DNA from: Paraspadella gotoi
Taxonomy: Eukaryota > Animalia > Chaetognatha
Reading direction: 5' to 3'
Length of the DNA stretch: 64,000 bases
Assembly: GCA_051294375.1 (NCBI GenBank)
Contig: CM119271.1
Location: 7,740,162 to 7,804,161 of the forward strand
Every line of letters begins with the position of its first letter. Position 1 is the stretch's first letter. A model generated the notes under the pieces. That model searched no databases, was not told where the DNA came from, and saw only the letters and a list, made by a program, of their open reading frames with translations. Positions 24,687 through 37,709 of the stretch are shown here, one piece after another. The translations under genes were made by a program, and so were the position numbers.

Positions 24687-27240
24687 ATGAGAGAGAGAGG
24701 AAGAGAGAGAGGAGCGAGAGACCGGAGAGGAGACGAAGATTTTTAGAGAGAGAGAGAGAGAGAGATTAGGAGGAGACGAGAATACCTGGAAAAAAGCTGG
24801 AGGTTTAACATCCCCGAATCTCTCTTTTTTCCTTCATTCCCGTTTCAAATTTGCCGCGAGAAAAAAGCAACGACCGCGAACTTTGATGGAATTTTTAGAC
24901 GCAAAACCCGGCATTCCTGATGAAACTTGCTGATATTCATCGTAATTATGCCAAAACGGATTGTACTTATATCCAAAGATATAACGCGGTATGATGAGTT
25001 AACCCTTCTAATCTCCACAAAAGTAACTTCCGCTGTTGATTGGTGATTTTTTATATTTTTTAAATTACGAATGACGTGACGAGGGGGGAAAAGCGCTCTG
25101 TTTGTAGGCCGACGCCGGAACTCTGCCAACATTTACAATCACTGTATGAGGAAGCTTGGGCTCTCTACGCCTCTTGAGGTGAAGATGGTTCCACTGGTCG
25201 CAACTTATTCTTGAACGAAAAGAATCCCAAAGCGTTTTACTTGTTAACTTGTAAGCTCGAAAGTACCGGAAAGAAAAAATTAACGCGAAAAATATAAAAC
25301 TGTAAATAAATGTAATAAAAATGTAGCGAGAACGACCGTTTAAAAAAATCTGTAGGAAATCGAGATTCAAATCGAATGATGAATCAATATGTCGAGGGAG
25401 TAGAAGAAATCAAAAAATAAAAATCGTTTTTGATACAATCTTCAGTTTAAAAACGTTTAAGTCTAGGAACTGTGTGTAGGCAAAGTAGTTGTCGGGTCTT
25501 AGAAGTGATCCAGTGAATCTAAATCTGTCTTGCTTTGGATCTTCGATTCCAATAAAGTTTTGAAGAGAGAGAGAGAGAGGGAAGAAAGAGTGGAAAAGAA
25601 AGAAGTCCGGTCGAGTACTCTGTCCGGGTCGATCGGTCAATCGTTCTATCGTTTCGAATGGGTCAGATCTGGCCGTTCTCTGTCGGGTCTCGGCCTTTTC
25701 TCCTTCCAATCACACCTTTGCTCCCAAAACTCCCCCGAATCCACCGACAGCTTGAGAAGCCAACTGGTCGAGAATTCTTCTGCGAAACGGAAACGGAGAA
25801 AGATCTTCGAGGAGACGCGACAATACTGGCGACGATACTAGGTGGCAAAAGAGCGGAAGTTGGGAAGTTTTAACAGGTGCTGTTGCAGGAATATGCCGCA
25901 AAATAGCTTCTTAACAACTGTTAGCAATAGTCGAACGACAGCGACGCTCTCCCAGCGTTCTCTCCCTTTCGTCTCCGCCAGCGGAACGACCACGCTCGAA
26001 CCACCATCTTCGGCCGGCTTGCCTTCGGCTGTCTCGAGACGGCTGGTCGCGGCGCGGTTGCATCCTCGCCGTCATCCGTTCGTCGTCCGCCGTCTTTCTT
26101 CTTCGGCGACTTTTTTGGACGCCGGTCGCTGGGAGGAAGAGGCGCGCGTGTCGGTGTAGTCTGCCCCCATTCAACCGTGCGCATCTGTCGCCTTGCCTCG
26201 CGCACCGGATTGTTGTATCGGACGTGCAGGTTGAGGCATTATAATTTTTTGGCGGGGAAGGGTGGGGGGGAGGGAACCGACGGGACCCGACCCCGTACCC
26301 ATCGCCCGATGGCAACGTCCGAGTCCCCTTCCAGATGGCACCGAACGATGATTTTCTTCTCCTCAATGAAGAAGCAGAATTTTTGGAATCCTCAAGAATT
26401 TGTTAAAATGAATAACGAATATTTTACTTTCATCGAGTGTATACGCCCTGTCTTCTTGTCGTCGTCGTCGTTCGTTTTCATCGTCCGTTCGTTGTTCGTC
26501 GTCGTCGCGTTCCTTTTGGAATTTTCGTCACCCCTATGATGTTGCAACCAACTTTTCTTTTCAGCGTCGTCGTCTGTTTGTCGTTTGTCCGTCTACCCGG
26601 TCGTTTGTCGTTGCAATATCAACGAGAGAACTGGGTAATGATCATCATGGATTCCTGATTGAGTTGTCGTCCCCTCGTGATAATCTCCATTTTCAAATAT
26701 CATCAACAAAATCATTGTCACCTTTATATCATCCGTCATTCATCATTCATCATTCATCATCATCATCATCATCATCGATCATCATCATCATCAATCAGGC
26801 ATCGTCGTCGTTCCGTCGTCGTTATGATCTTTCTCCCTTTAAGTCGTTCTCCTCTTCCCTTCCTTCTCCGCCCCCCCACCCCCGTTACCCCCCAGCCGCC
26901 CCCTTCCCCCCCCTTTTCCCCCCCCAAGGGGAAAGCGCGAAAAAAAACTCTCGTATCGTTTTTTGTTTTTAAAAAAAACCGATATAGTCAAATTTTTCGG
27001 AGCGCGAAAAGATTTTAGAAAACTCCGTGAATAATAGACGGAAAAAAGAAAAAAGGGAAAAAAAGAAAAGAAAAAAGAAAAAAACTAGAAAGTAAAAAAA
27101 GAAAAAGGAAAAAAAGGAAAGAAAATCTGCGTTGAGCCGGTTGATAAGGCAAATCGAAGAAAGGAAGCATTTCTTGCTTTATAATTTTTTTTGTCTTTTC
27201 ATTTCCTTTATTTTTCTCTTTTCTTTCCTTCTTTTTCTTT
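20844..27240 (+). repeat. Indel-rich tandem copy of 15634-20780, probably a long-read gap-fill artefact
   Basis: Colinear with the first copy throughout, with scattered single-base insertions and homopolymer changes. Carries about 570 extra bp (about 25135-25704) and the opposite orientation of the 17104-17435 segment. Confidence 0.85.
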
Positions 27241-29696
27241 TCTTTCTTTCTTTTTTTATCCATTTTTCTTTCTTTGTTGTCTGTATTTCTCCTAAAGTTT
27301 TTTATGGAACATATCTTTATGCATCTTGATTCGCGACAAGCTCTCTCTCTCGTCTCTCTTCTCTTTCTCTCTCTCTCTCTCTCTCCTCTCCCTCTCTCTC
27401 CTCTCTCTCTCTCTCTCTCTCACTAGCTTTAATGAAACCTCCTCTCAATTTAGTTCCCTTAAAAAAAACTCAGCGAAAAATTTTATTTTTTTTTTCTTGA
27501 AAAAAAAATAGTAATAAATTTAACGGAGGAAAAATGTAAGTAGAAGGAAAAAAAGGGAAAAAAAAACGAAGAACGATTTGAAATTTTCCAATTGATGTTG
27601 CGCTGCCCAGTTGACTTTAATGTTTTGTAATTTATGGTATTTTATGTTTATTATTTCTTGTGTGTAATTGGCTTTTGCATCACACCCAATAAGACTCGCC
27701 CCCACCCCCGCAAATATGACTGACGATGACCTAAAAAAAACTTCTTCACCCGTATATAATTATGACAAGCACTGCAATCAAATTCCATCTTTTATTTCCT
27801 TATAGGTTTTAGGAATTTTTCCTGAAAGAGGCGAGCGAAGCAGTTCCCTTAGATGTTGAGGTTTTTTCCGTCTCTTAACAAAATGAGCAAACCAAAATCA
27901 AATGCGGATAATGTTCAATTGAGGCATTTTTAATGTAAACTGGACACCCCACCGACGGAAAGGAAACATTACTGACGGTTCGACTGACGACTCGAAAATG
28001 GTGATTATACGGGAGTATGCTCCGCGAGACCTTCGCGGCACAACCTAAAAAATATGAAGGAGATACTATATCTAACGAACCTCAATCCTTCGACGGCAAA
28101 GTAAGAGCCCACCAGGAAAGACCGTTAAGCCTTTGGAATATATAAGGCTTTCTCAAGAGAGAGAAAGAGAGAGGAGGAGACGAAGAGAGATGCAGAGGAC
28201 TGAGAAGGAGGAGGGAGGAGAGACGAGAGGATACGCTTGCCGAGCCGCGGACATGTATTCATTCCTTATCTCGTAAATATTTATGTTTATTTACAAACTA
28301 TAAAAAAAGGTATGTATTATTCCAAAACTTAATAGACGCCTTGGTTGTATTTTATTAAAAAAAATAATTTTTTTCAGCGACATCTGAAATGTGAGGACAG
28401 AAGAGAGAGAGATGAGGAGGACGAGAGAGAGAAGAGAGAGAGACAGAGACGAGAAGAGAAGAGAAGAGAGCGGTGCAAAAGAGGAGAGGAGGTGCGGGGA
28501 GACGATCTGAAGGAGAAAGAGGAGGAGAGAAGATGGACGGTGCGATCGCCGACGATATCTATTTGCCCAATGCTATGGAATAAACAAGCCTGGAAAATAA
28601 AAACATAAAAAAAAATAACCAGAGGTTTTGAGAGAAGAGAAACGAGGAGGAGGGTGGTGAGGAGGTAGCGAGTGGAGGGAAGCAGGAATGATGGCATGGG
28701 GGAAATGTTCCATTATATTTTTTTTTTTTAGGCAAACGAGGACGAAGAGAGAGAGAGAGAAAGAGAGAAGGAGAGAGAGACCGGCAGAGAAGAAGAGAGA
28801 GAGAGAGTAGAGAGGAGGATGTAGGTGAGAAGAGAGAGAGAAGAGAGGAAGAAACACGATGACAAAAAAAAAATGTAAGAGAGTAAAAAAAAAAAAGACT
28901 AACGGACGAACAGAAAGCAAGATGGAAAAAGGAGAAAAAATAAATCCTTTTATATGGTATACTGCTCCTAGTTAAATTTAGAGAGGAGGAGAAGAGAAGA
29001 GAGCTAGAGAGAGAGAGAAGTAGAGAAAGATATATTTTTGTGGTCGGAAAAAAACGTAATTCACTGGTGACTGAAGAGGCCGACCTAATGAGAACAAACC
29101 CTAGTCCAAAATAGCTAAAAAACATTAAAGAGAAGAGAGAGAGAGAGAGAGAGAGAGAAGAGAGAGAAGGAGGAGGGAGAGGAGAGAGTAGAGAGATGAG
29201 AGAAGAGAAGACAGAGAGAGAGGAGAGGATGGAAAATACGAAGAAAATTACAACAAGGATAAAGAAGAAAGAATATCATTAAGATAAGTAAAACTGAAAG
29301 AAACTGAAAAATAAAAATAGATAAACTGAAATTAAAGAGAAACTTCGAAAATGAAAGGTGAAAAAAAATCAACCACCAGTGTTCTAATGCCTCCCCTTTT
29401 ATCTGAGATAGTAAGAAGAAAGAGGAAAAAGAGAAAGAGAAAATGAGAGAGAGAGGAGAGAGAGAGAGAGGGATCTCTCAGTCACAATCGAGAGAAACTT
29501 CAAATGAGTCATCAACGAAGAGAGAGAGGAGAAGATAGAAGAGAAGAGAGAGGAAGAGAGAGAGAGAGTGAGAGAAGAAGAGATGNNNNNNNNNNNNNNN
29601 NNNNNNNNNNAGAGATGACTCTTCATGGTCTGCAATCATGAAACAATCTTTCATTAATGAGGAGGGGAATAAAACAAGCTCCTCCCCATTTGCAGA

Positions 29697-29727
<31 letters not shown>

Positions 29728-30235
29728 TCTCCCACTCGCCTGTGATCCCAGTTCGTGCGTCACAATTATCCGTCGTGATTATTCCATCCTAATCCGTGAT
29801 TTTGTTCACGTCTTCGTGAACATTTGTTTTCATCTTATGACATTCAGATGAGGGCAAAGATTTGCGACCACCGCTCAACTGTTCCTTTCAACATTGCATA
29901 TTACGCGCTAAAACATAGTCTGAGATTGTTCAATAATATTCACAGTTTTTTATTTTTCTTCCGTATTTCGAATGACGAGTTTCGTTTAATATTTTTTGGA
30001 AGAACGATTTTTTTTGATCTACATAGTTCTTCTGCGAGCGTGGCGATAATTAATTCTAAAATTTGCTGAACAAGATAGTATTTATTTTTTTCATTTCATA
30101 TCATTCTTGTTTTATACTGATCGAGTCGTTTTTATGTCGGCGATTTTTATTCGGTCATGCATCGTCCCTCTTCTATTTTATTTCTCTCTTAACGAGGTGA
30201 AACAACGACAACTTCTCTCTCTCTCTCTCTCTCTT

Positions 30236-30297
<62 letters not shown>

Positions 30298-30301
30298 TCT
30301 A

Positions 30302-31075
30302 GGAGTCTACGTCGTTCTTAAGAGATCGGAGGAAGACTTCCTTTTCAATGGAGATTTTTCGTTCAAATCTGACTACCAAACGAATATATAAACGCTCCTG
30401 CGTAAAAAAATTCTTAAAATATCGATTGTGTAAAAACACTTGATTCCGATCCTGGTTGCATCTGAAAGGCTCGCATTTTTCTTGTATTCTTTGATCAAAT
30501 CATTCAACAATTGCTTATCAAACAAGCCAGGCAACATATAGCCTACTTCTGGGACGGGAAAAATTTTCCATCTCTGATTTTGATTAGAAATGAAAGGATT
30601 TTTTTCCTTGAAAACGGGCTATAAACGTGACTGAGGTATGTTCCTGTTCAACAAATGAGGTCCAATTTTGGAATGCTTTGGCAACGCTGTCTTGAAGGGC
30701 TCTGAAAAATTTTTCTTTACATTTTATTATTGATTATTTTGAGATATGATGACGATCGTCGGGGTAAAGTGAATTAGTCCATTTTTTGGTGAAATTTTAT
30801 TTAAAGTAAAAGTAAAAGAGGAGGCTAACAATCGGATTCTAAGAGTTTTCAACCGGGAAGTCAGATTCGGGGAGAAAGAATCTTCGTATGGCGAAAATCT
30901 TCCAAAGAAGGGGGTGAAATTTTCCCAAGATTTTGTTTAATTATTTTCTATGATTTATAGTCGCATTTTATTGAAACTTAATATTAAACATATTGCCATC
31001 ATGTTCTACCTTGGCCGTATAAGAATATATTTAAAAAAAGCCTCGGGCTATTGTTCGTTCAGGAGCTTAGTCCTA
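30302..31075. repeat. Interspersed repeat copy 2
   Basis: Similar to 13320-14095; flanked by (CT)n tracts. Confidence 0.7.
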
Positions 31076-31284
31076 CTCTCTCTTCTCTCTACTCTCTTCT
31101 CTCTCTCTCTTCTCCTTTCATCTTGCGAAATTAAATGAAAAACGATGAAGCAGAGACTTCTCATCACAACTTCCTGACGCCCACGCCCACTTTTCAAATT
31201 CCCCCCCGCCAGAATTCGCCACCCCTTCAACGATCGAACACCCCCCCTTTCCCCTTACCCCGCGACAACTTCCTATAACCCCAG

Positions 31285-31417
31285 TTCACCTTCCGCTGCG
31301 TATCTGCGATAACGGGATACGTTGGACGCCAATGCGCCGGACACCGTTCGGGCACTATTGCGCCAGCGCCCCCTGCAGAAACGGCGGCACCTGTCGGAAC
31401 GGCATCGAAACTTTCAG
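31285..31417 (+). CDS. EGF-repeat exon of an EGF + F-type lectin gene (contains indels)
   Basis: ..GYVGRQC then HYCASAPCRNGGTCRNGIETF(R). Acceptor ccag|, phase-2 donor ag|gt. Confidence 0.75.
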
Positions 31418-31684
31418 GTGGCGTTCGAGCGATATTTTTTGAAAGCGCCCCGGGGGGCGGGGCGGAGAGGGTTAGACGCCGGGAAGGAACGGAATTTTTT
31501 TTTCCGGCGCCGGATTAATGGCGGATATTCGCTCATGAAAATTCCATTGGCTTCCGTCTCTTTTTTTTCTCGAACGTCTTTTATTTCTTCATCAACTTTG
31601 TTTATCAATTTTTTATCTGTTTTTTTTCCCTTCTTTTTTTAAAAAAAAATACTAATCCTTGGTTTCGAGTTTATCGTATTTTTT

Positions 31685-32080
31685 TCTTTTCTTTTCTTTT
31701 CTTTTCTTTTCTTTTCTTTTTCTTTTCTTTTTCTTTTCTTTTCCTTTCTTTTCCTTTCGTCGCTTTTCGCTTTCGATCTAATCCACTTTTTCTTTTCTTT
31801 TCTTTTCTTTTCTTTACATTTCTTTTCTTTTAGCCTTCTTTTCTTTTTCTTTTCTTTTCTTTTCTTTTCTTTTCTTTTCTTTTCTTTTCTTTTCTTTTCT
31901 TTTCTTTTCTTTTCTTTTCTTTACATTTCTTTTTCCCTTCTTTTCTTTTATTTTCTTTTCCCTTCTTTTCTTTTCTTTTCTTTTCTTTTCTTTTCTTTTC
32001 CTGTCGTCGCTTTTCGCTTTCAATCTAATCCACTTTTTCTTTTCTTTTCTTTTCTTTTCTTTTCTTTTCTTTTCTTTTCT
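31685..32080. repeat. (TTTTC)n microsatellite
   Basis: Long pentanucleotide tract with interruptions. Confidence 0.95.
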
Positions 32081-32772
32081 CTCGATCTAATCCACTTTTT
32101 CTTTTCTTCCATCTTCTTTACTCGATAATAAGATTCGCTTTCAAGTTTAATATTCGGCTTCGTGACACATTGCCTCAATTTTTTATGCTACGTGATTTAT
32201 AAATTTTCTATGTAAAAATACTTTCTTTTTCTTTTCTAACTACAATTTTCTGAGCACGTACATATATAATATTGTATATTGTATAAATACTTAATTTCTC
32301 GATAATTTATAAACAGCTGAATATTTTCAACTTTCTAAACATCCTACCATGTTTTTAAAAATCACCACTAACAGACCATATTTTATTTAAAAATTTTAAA
32401 CACAATACTTTATCTCTAATTAAACAACATTTGTTTACTCTTTTTATTTTTTGTTTTCCTTTTTATAAACACCACAGTCGTTGTTTCTAAACGCCACATT
32501 TAGGATTTCAATTTCTGTAAACCACAATTTTTTTTTAAATTTCGTTAAACCACACTTAACCCATAACTCTTACTATCTTACTTTCTTCCAACGAATTTAA
32601 GATTCCCTTTCGCTTTCCGATTATCGCTTTTTTTTTCCTCAGATACAACGCATCGCATCTTTCTTTCCTTCCATTTTCTTTTTCTCAGATGCAACGCATT
32701 GCATCCTTCTTCCCTTCCCTTTTCTCAGATGCAACGCACTGCATCCTTCTTTCCTTCCCTTTTCCTCACCAG

Positions 32773-32842
32773 ATGCTCCTGCGGGGTTTTTCAGGGGGAA
32801 TTTTGCGAAAATCGAAACTTGGCGCTGAAAAAATCAGTCGAG
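32773..32842 (+). CDS. Exon completing the EGF domain and starting an F-type lectin (FTP) domain
   Basis: (R)CSCGVFQGEFCENRNLALKKSVE|gtgag. In phase with the previous exon. NLALKK is a typical FTP domain start. Confidence 0.8.
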
Positions 32843-32883
32843 GTGAGAATCCAGTTCCAATGTCACTCTCTCTATCTCGTCTC

Positions 32884-32938
<55 letters not shown>

Positions 32939-33072
32939 TCTCTTCCTTCTCTCGTCGTCTCTCGTCTCTCCGTCGTTTGCTCTCTCTCTCTCTCTCTCTC
33001 CTCCCCTCTTGCTCTCGGGGAATTCCGATGGAAAGGAAATGATTTGAATAATGCCGATAACAACCCCAACTG

Positions 33073-33110
<38 letters not shown>

Positions 33111-33458
33111 GACGTCGAAAGTCACAACTGTCAAATCCGCGAGAGGACGAGATTTCGATTTGAGGAAAAACTATAGAAATGCTTTCGACTTTTGATGACA
33201 TTTGTTTGGGTAAATGTTTCTATATAGTAACTTAGATTGCGTATCTTCTAACTAGAATACAAAGGACAAGTTCTTACTAGTATCCATTCCAGAAGTCGCT
33301 TCAAGATTTTCAATCTTTCATTCCCGAATTTTCCATCCTCAATTTTGGAGATAGATTTCCGTTTTTTCAACTTGAACCCCGAGTATCAGATCTCGATTCA
33401 GGCTTTTGACCCCGTATTCATGATTTCAATGATGCAGATGTCGATTCCCAATTTTCAT

Positions 33459-33785
33459 CAATTTTCAAGCCCCGATTTAAGATCTCGTTTTCCAAATTTT
33501 CACTTTTGATTTCAAGATATAAAATCCCAATTCGATTCCAGATCTTGAACATCAATTTTCAAGCCCCGATTTAAGATCTCGTTTTCCAAATTTTCACTTT
33601 TGATTCCAAGATATAAAATCTCACTTCGATTCCAGATCTTGAACATCGATTTCCAAGCCCCGATTTAAGATCTCGTTTTCAAAATTTTCACTTTTGATTC
33701 CAAGATATAAAATCCCAATTCGATTCCAGATCTTGAACATCGATTTTCAAGCCCCGATTTAAGATCTCGTTTTCCAAATTTTCAC
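33459..33785. repeat. 94-bp minisatellite, about 3.5 copies
   Basis: aagccccgatttaagatctcg recurs at 33467, 33561, 33655 and 33749. Confidence 0.95.
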
Positions 33786-33857
33786 GATCTGAAATCCCAA
33801 TTTTCAATCCCCCGGAGGGAGGGATTCAAAATCTCCCTTCCGCATTTACGATTCCAG

Positions 33858-33965
33858 ATTTCCTCGATTCTGATGGAGGACGAATCTTTGGTCCTCAAAG
33901 TCGGCGTGGATCTGAAACCAAAATCCATCTACATTTCTCGCGATTCTTTTTTCATGCCATCGCAG
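33858..33965 (+). CDS. Probable FTP-domain exon (ISSILMEDESLVLK...)
   Basis: Acceptor ttccag| in phase 0 gives KKSVE-ISS, at the FTP QSS position. Donor cag|gtt. Phase to the next exon is not reconciled. Confidence 0.5.
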
Positions 33966-34711
33966 GTTTAATATCGCTTAAAAAAATATGACAATGACGT
34001 GGTCGAAGATTATGACAATGTCGTTGAGGGAGAAAATGACAATGTCGACGATGCCAATGACGTCACTATGATGACAACTACTACTATCTACTATCTAGGA
34101 AAAAAGTATATCACATAATTGTTGAAAAATTTATTTATTCATTAAAAAATATATAAAATATAGGTAAAATATTTTTAATATTTGGTATACCCTGCTTTGG
34201 TATCGACTATTGCCTGCATTTGTCTGGGCATGCTCTCGTATAGTGAAATGTTTTTCTACAACTTTATTCTTTTCAGCCCGCCACTGATAATATGCATTTT
34301 TTCTTTTTTTTAAGAGCTAAAAAGTACTTTTATGAACCAAAAAACGATTTTTTTGCTATTTTTTATTTAAGGTAGCGATCTTTTGTTACCTGCAACTTCT
34401 AAACAGTTTAAGCTATAAAAAGTATGAAGAAAGCTACTAAAAAAAAATTCAATGTAGATTTAAAAGCAATCTGATTTATTTAAAATTAAACAAGTTTTCG
34501 AGTAGATATTCTCTACAAAAAGTGTGAAATACTTTTTTCCTAGATGGTATGTCGACTAAGATGACAATGACAATGATTTAGTGGACTAGGATGACAATGA
34601 CGTGGTCGACGGTCATAACGTTTAAGACGACGATGACAATGATTACCACTAACGCAACAACGACAACGACGACGACGACGACAGATACGACGACAACGAC
34701 GACGACGACAG

Positions 34712-34994
34712 CAAAACCGTCGAAGCCCCAAACCTAAATTCCGAGGTGACGGACGGTAACAAATTCTTCGCCAATCAACGTCGCTCGTCCGAAGACGCCG
34801 ACGAGGACGACGACGACGACGACGACGGCGTCCCCGACGCCGTCTCCTCTCCCGCCGAGGGTTACGCCATCTTGGGCAACGCCCACAACTTGTTGACGTG
34901 GACCTGCGTGGTGACGCAAGAGGAAGAGAATCCTTGGATCATCGTGGATTTGGAGGAGGAGTCCGAGATTCATCAGATCGAAGTGCATTTGAGG
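34712..34994 (+). CDS. FTP-domain core exon (3' end in gap)
   Basis: VTDGN..TCVVTQEEENPWIIVDLEEESEIHQIEVHLR matches the FTP pattern DG..C.HT....PWW.VDL......I..V.I..R. Confidence 0.78.
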
Positions 34995-37709
34995 NNNNNN
35001 NNNNNNNNNNNNNNNNNNNNNNNNNNNNNNNNNNNNNNNNNNNNNNNNNNNNNNNNNNNNNNNNNNNNNNNNNNNNNNNNNNNNNNNNNNNNNNNNNNNN
35101 NNNNNNNNNNNNNNNNNNNNNNNNNNNNNNNAAATTTAAGATTTATCTTATAGTTAAACGCATGGAAGCTAATTTATATTATCCAAATATTTTGACTTTC
35201 TTTTTGCTATTTAAAATAGTTTAGAGATGAAACGAAAAATTCGTTGGAATAGCAATTTTATTTTTAATATTGTACATGTTTCGACTCTTAGTGGTACGAG
35301 TCTTCAGACATTTCAGACATTAGTTTGAGAGAGAGAGAGAGAGAAAGATAGAGAGAGAGTTTCCAACAAAGAATTGAGCAAGGGACAGTNNNNNNNNNNN
35401 NNNNNNNNNNNNNNNNNNNNNNNNNNNNNNNNNNNNNNNNNNNNNNNNNNNNNNNNNNNNNNNNNNNNNNNNNNNNNNNNNNNNNNNNNNNNNNNNNNNN
35501 NNNNNNNNNNNNNNNNNNNNNNNNNNNNNNNNNNNNNNNNNNNNNNNNNNNNNNNNNNNNNNNNNNNNNNNNNNNNNNNNNNNNNNNNNNNNNNNNNNNN
35601 NNNTTGCTATTCCAACGAATTTTTCGTTTCATCTCTAAACTATCTAAATACTATATACTATAAAAAAATTTTTATTTTTGAAAATTTTTTTTAAGGGATT
35701 CTGATAGAGCTTGTAAAGTTAGATTATTATTATTATAACTTTTTGAAATTTTAATGATTTATNNNNNNNNNNNNNNNNNNNNNNNNNNNNNNNNNNNNNN
35801 NNNNNNNNNNNNNNNNNNNNNNNNNNNNNNNNNNNNNNNNNNNNNNNNNNNNNNNNNNNNNNNNNNNNNNNNNNNNNNNNNNNNNNNNNNNNNNNNNNNN
35901 NNNNNNNNNNNNNNNNNNNNNNNNNNNNNNNNNNNNNNNNNNNNNNNNNNNNNNNNNNNNNNNNNNNNNNNNNNNNNNNNNNNNNNNNNNNNNATTTTAG
36001 CCCATTTATCATTAAAATTTTTGAAATCTTTATAAGAATCCATTTTTAAAAATTTAAATTTAAAAAAATTTAAATTAGCGACCTACAGTGGAGAATGGTC
36101 TAGATAAAAATGGCGAAAGAAATGAGAGGAATCGATTTATTTGAAATCAGAAAAAAGCGAATGGAATCGAATCGGCTGCTGGTACAATGTGGGGCGAAAT
36201 ATACGCGACATGACTTAAATGACATAAAATGATCAAACATGACTAAAATGACATAAATGATAAAATGACATAGAAGGATCAAACGTAACATACAAACGTA
36301 CAAACGTACAATTTTCCTATTAACGAAAATAATCATCGATATAATTTACTTGATATAACTTCTTTATTTTGAGCCACGAAAATTTATTATTAGTTGGTCC
36401 GACATCGAATTAAGCCACAAAATTGTTGAAATAAAAGTCATTATTTAAAAGTCATCTTTTTATTTAGAAAAAAGATAAATCAAATATTCCGAAAAATAAA
36501 TATAAATATTAAAACGATCGCTTAAAAACAATACTCCAAAATGTAAATGAATGTAAACGAAGTTCGGAAGAAATAAAACAAGAAATAAGGCATGTAGCAA
36601 TTGAGAGAGNNNNNNNNNNNNNNNNNNNNNNNNNNNNNNNNNNNNNNNNNNNNNNNNNNNNNNNNNNNNNNNNNNNNNNNNNNNNNNNNNNNNNNNNNNN
36701 NNNNNNNNNNNNNNNNNNNNNNNNNNNNNNNNNNNNNNNNNNNNNNNNNNNNNNNNNNNNNNNNNNNNNNNNNNNNNNNNNNNNNNNNNNNNNNNNNNNN
36801 NNNNNNNNNNNNNNNNNNNNNNNNNNNNNNNNNNNNNNNNNNNNNNNNNNNNNNNNNNNNNNNNNNNNNNNNNNNNNNNNNNNNNNNNNNNNNNNNGGCG
36901 ACCAGGCAAATGGAAAGATAACCCAGAAGAATAGACCGGCGATGAAGCAGGCGAACCTACAAATCAGTCGACGAAACAGGCTTTCAAACAAAAGAAGATA
37001 AGATGAGGCAGATAAAACGGGATGAGGCAGGCGAANNNNNNNNNNNNNNNNNNNNNNNNNNNNNNNNNNNNNNNNNNNNNNNNNNNNNNNNNNNNNNNNN
37101 NNNNNNNNNNNNNNNNNNNNNNNNNNNNNNNNNNNNNNNNNNNNNNNNNNNNNNNNNNNNNNNNNNNNNNNNNNNNNNNNNNNNNNNNNNNNNNNNNNNN
37201 NNNNNNNNNNNNNNNNNNNNNNNNNNNNNNNNNNNNNNNNNNNNNNNNNNNNNNNNNNNNNNNNNNNNNNNNNNNNNNNNNNNNNNNNNNNNNNNNNNNN
37301 NNNNNNNNNNNNNNNNNNNNNNNNNNNNNNNNNNNNNNNNNNNNNNNNNNNNNNNNNNNNNNNNNNNNNNNNNNNNNNNNNNNNNNNNNNNNNNNNNNNN
37401 NNNNNNNNNNNNNNNNNNNNNNNNNNNNNNNNNNNNNNNNNNNNNNNNNNNNNNNNNNNNNNNNNNNNNNNGAAAGAAAGAAAGAGAGAGCGAGGAGACT
37501 GATACATTCAGGAAGAAAAAAAGAGAGAGAAAGAAAGAAAGAATGAATGAAAGAAAGAAACAATGAAAGATAGAAAGAAAGAAATAGATAGCAGGAAGAC
37601 AGAGACAGACAGTGAGAAAGAAAGAGAGAGAAAAACAAAATGAATAAAAGAATCAGAGAAAGAATGAAAGCACGATGGTAAGAAAGAGAGAGGGAGAAAG
37701 AAATGGTAG

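Noticed and set aside
20844-27240. A real segmental duplication or pseudogene of turtle exons
   Set aside because: The differences are mostly random single-base insertions spread over coding and non-coding sequence alike, the signature of an uncorrected long read. Read depth would settle it.
33459-33785. CRISPR-like array (also considered for 58813-58936)
   Set aside because: The units are contiguous tandem copies with no unique spacers, the context is eukaryotic, and no cas genes are present.
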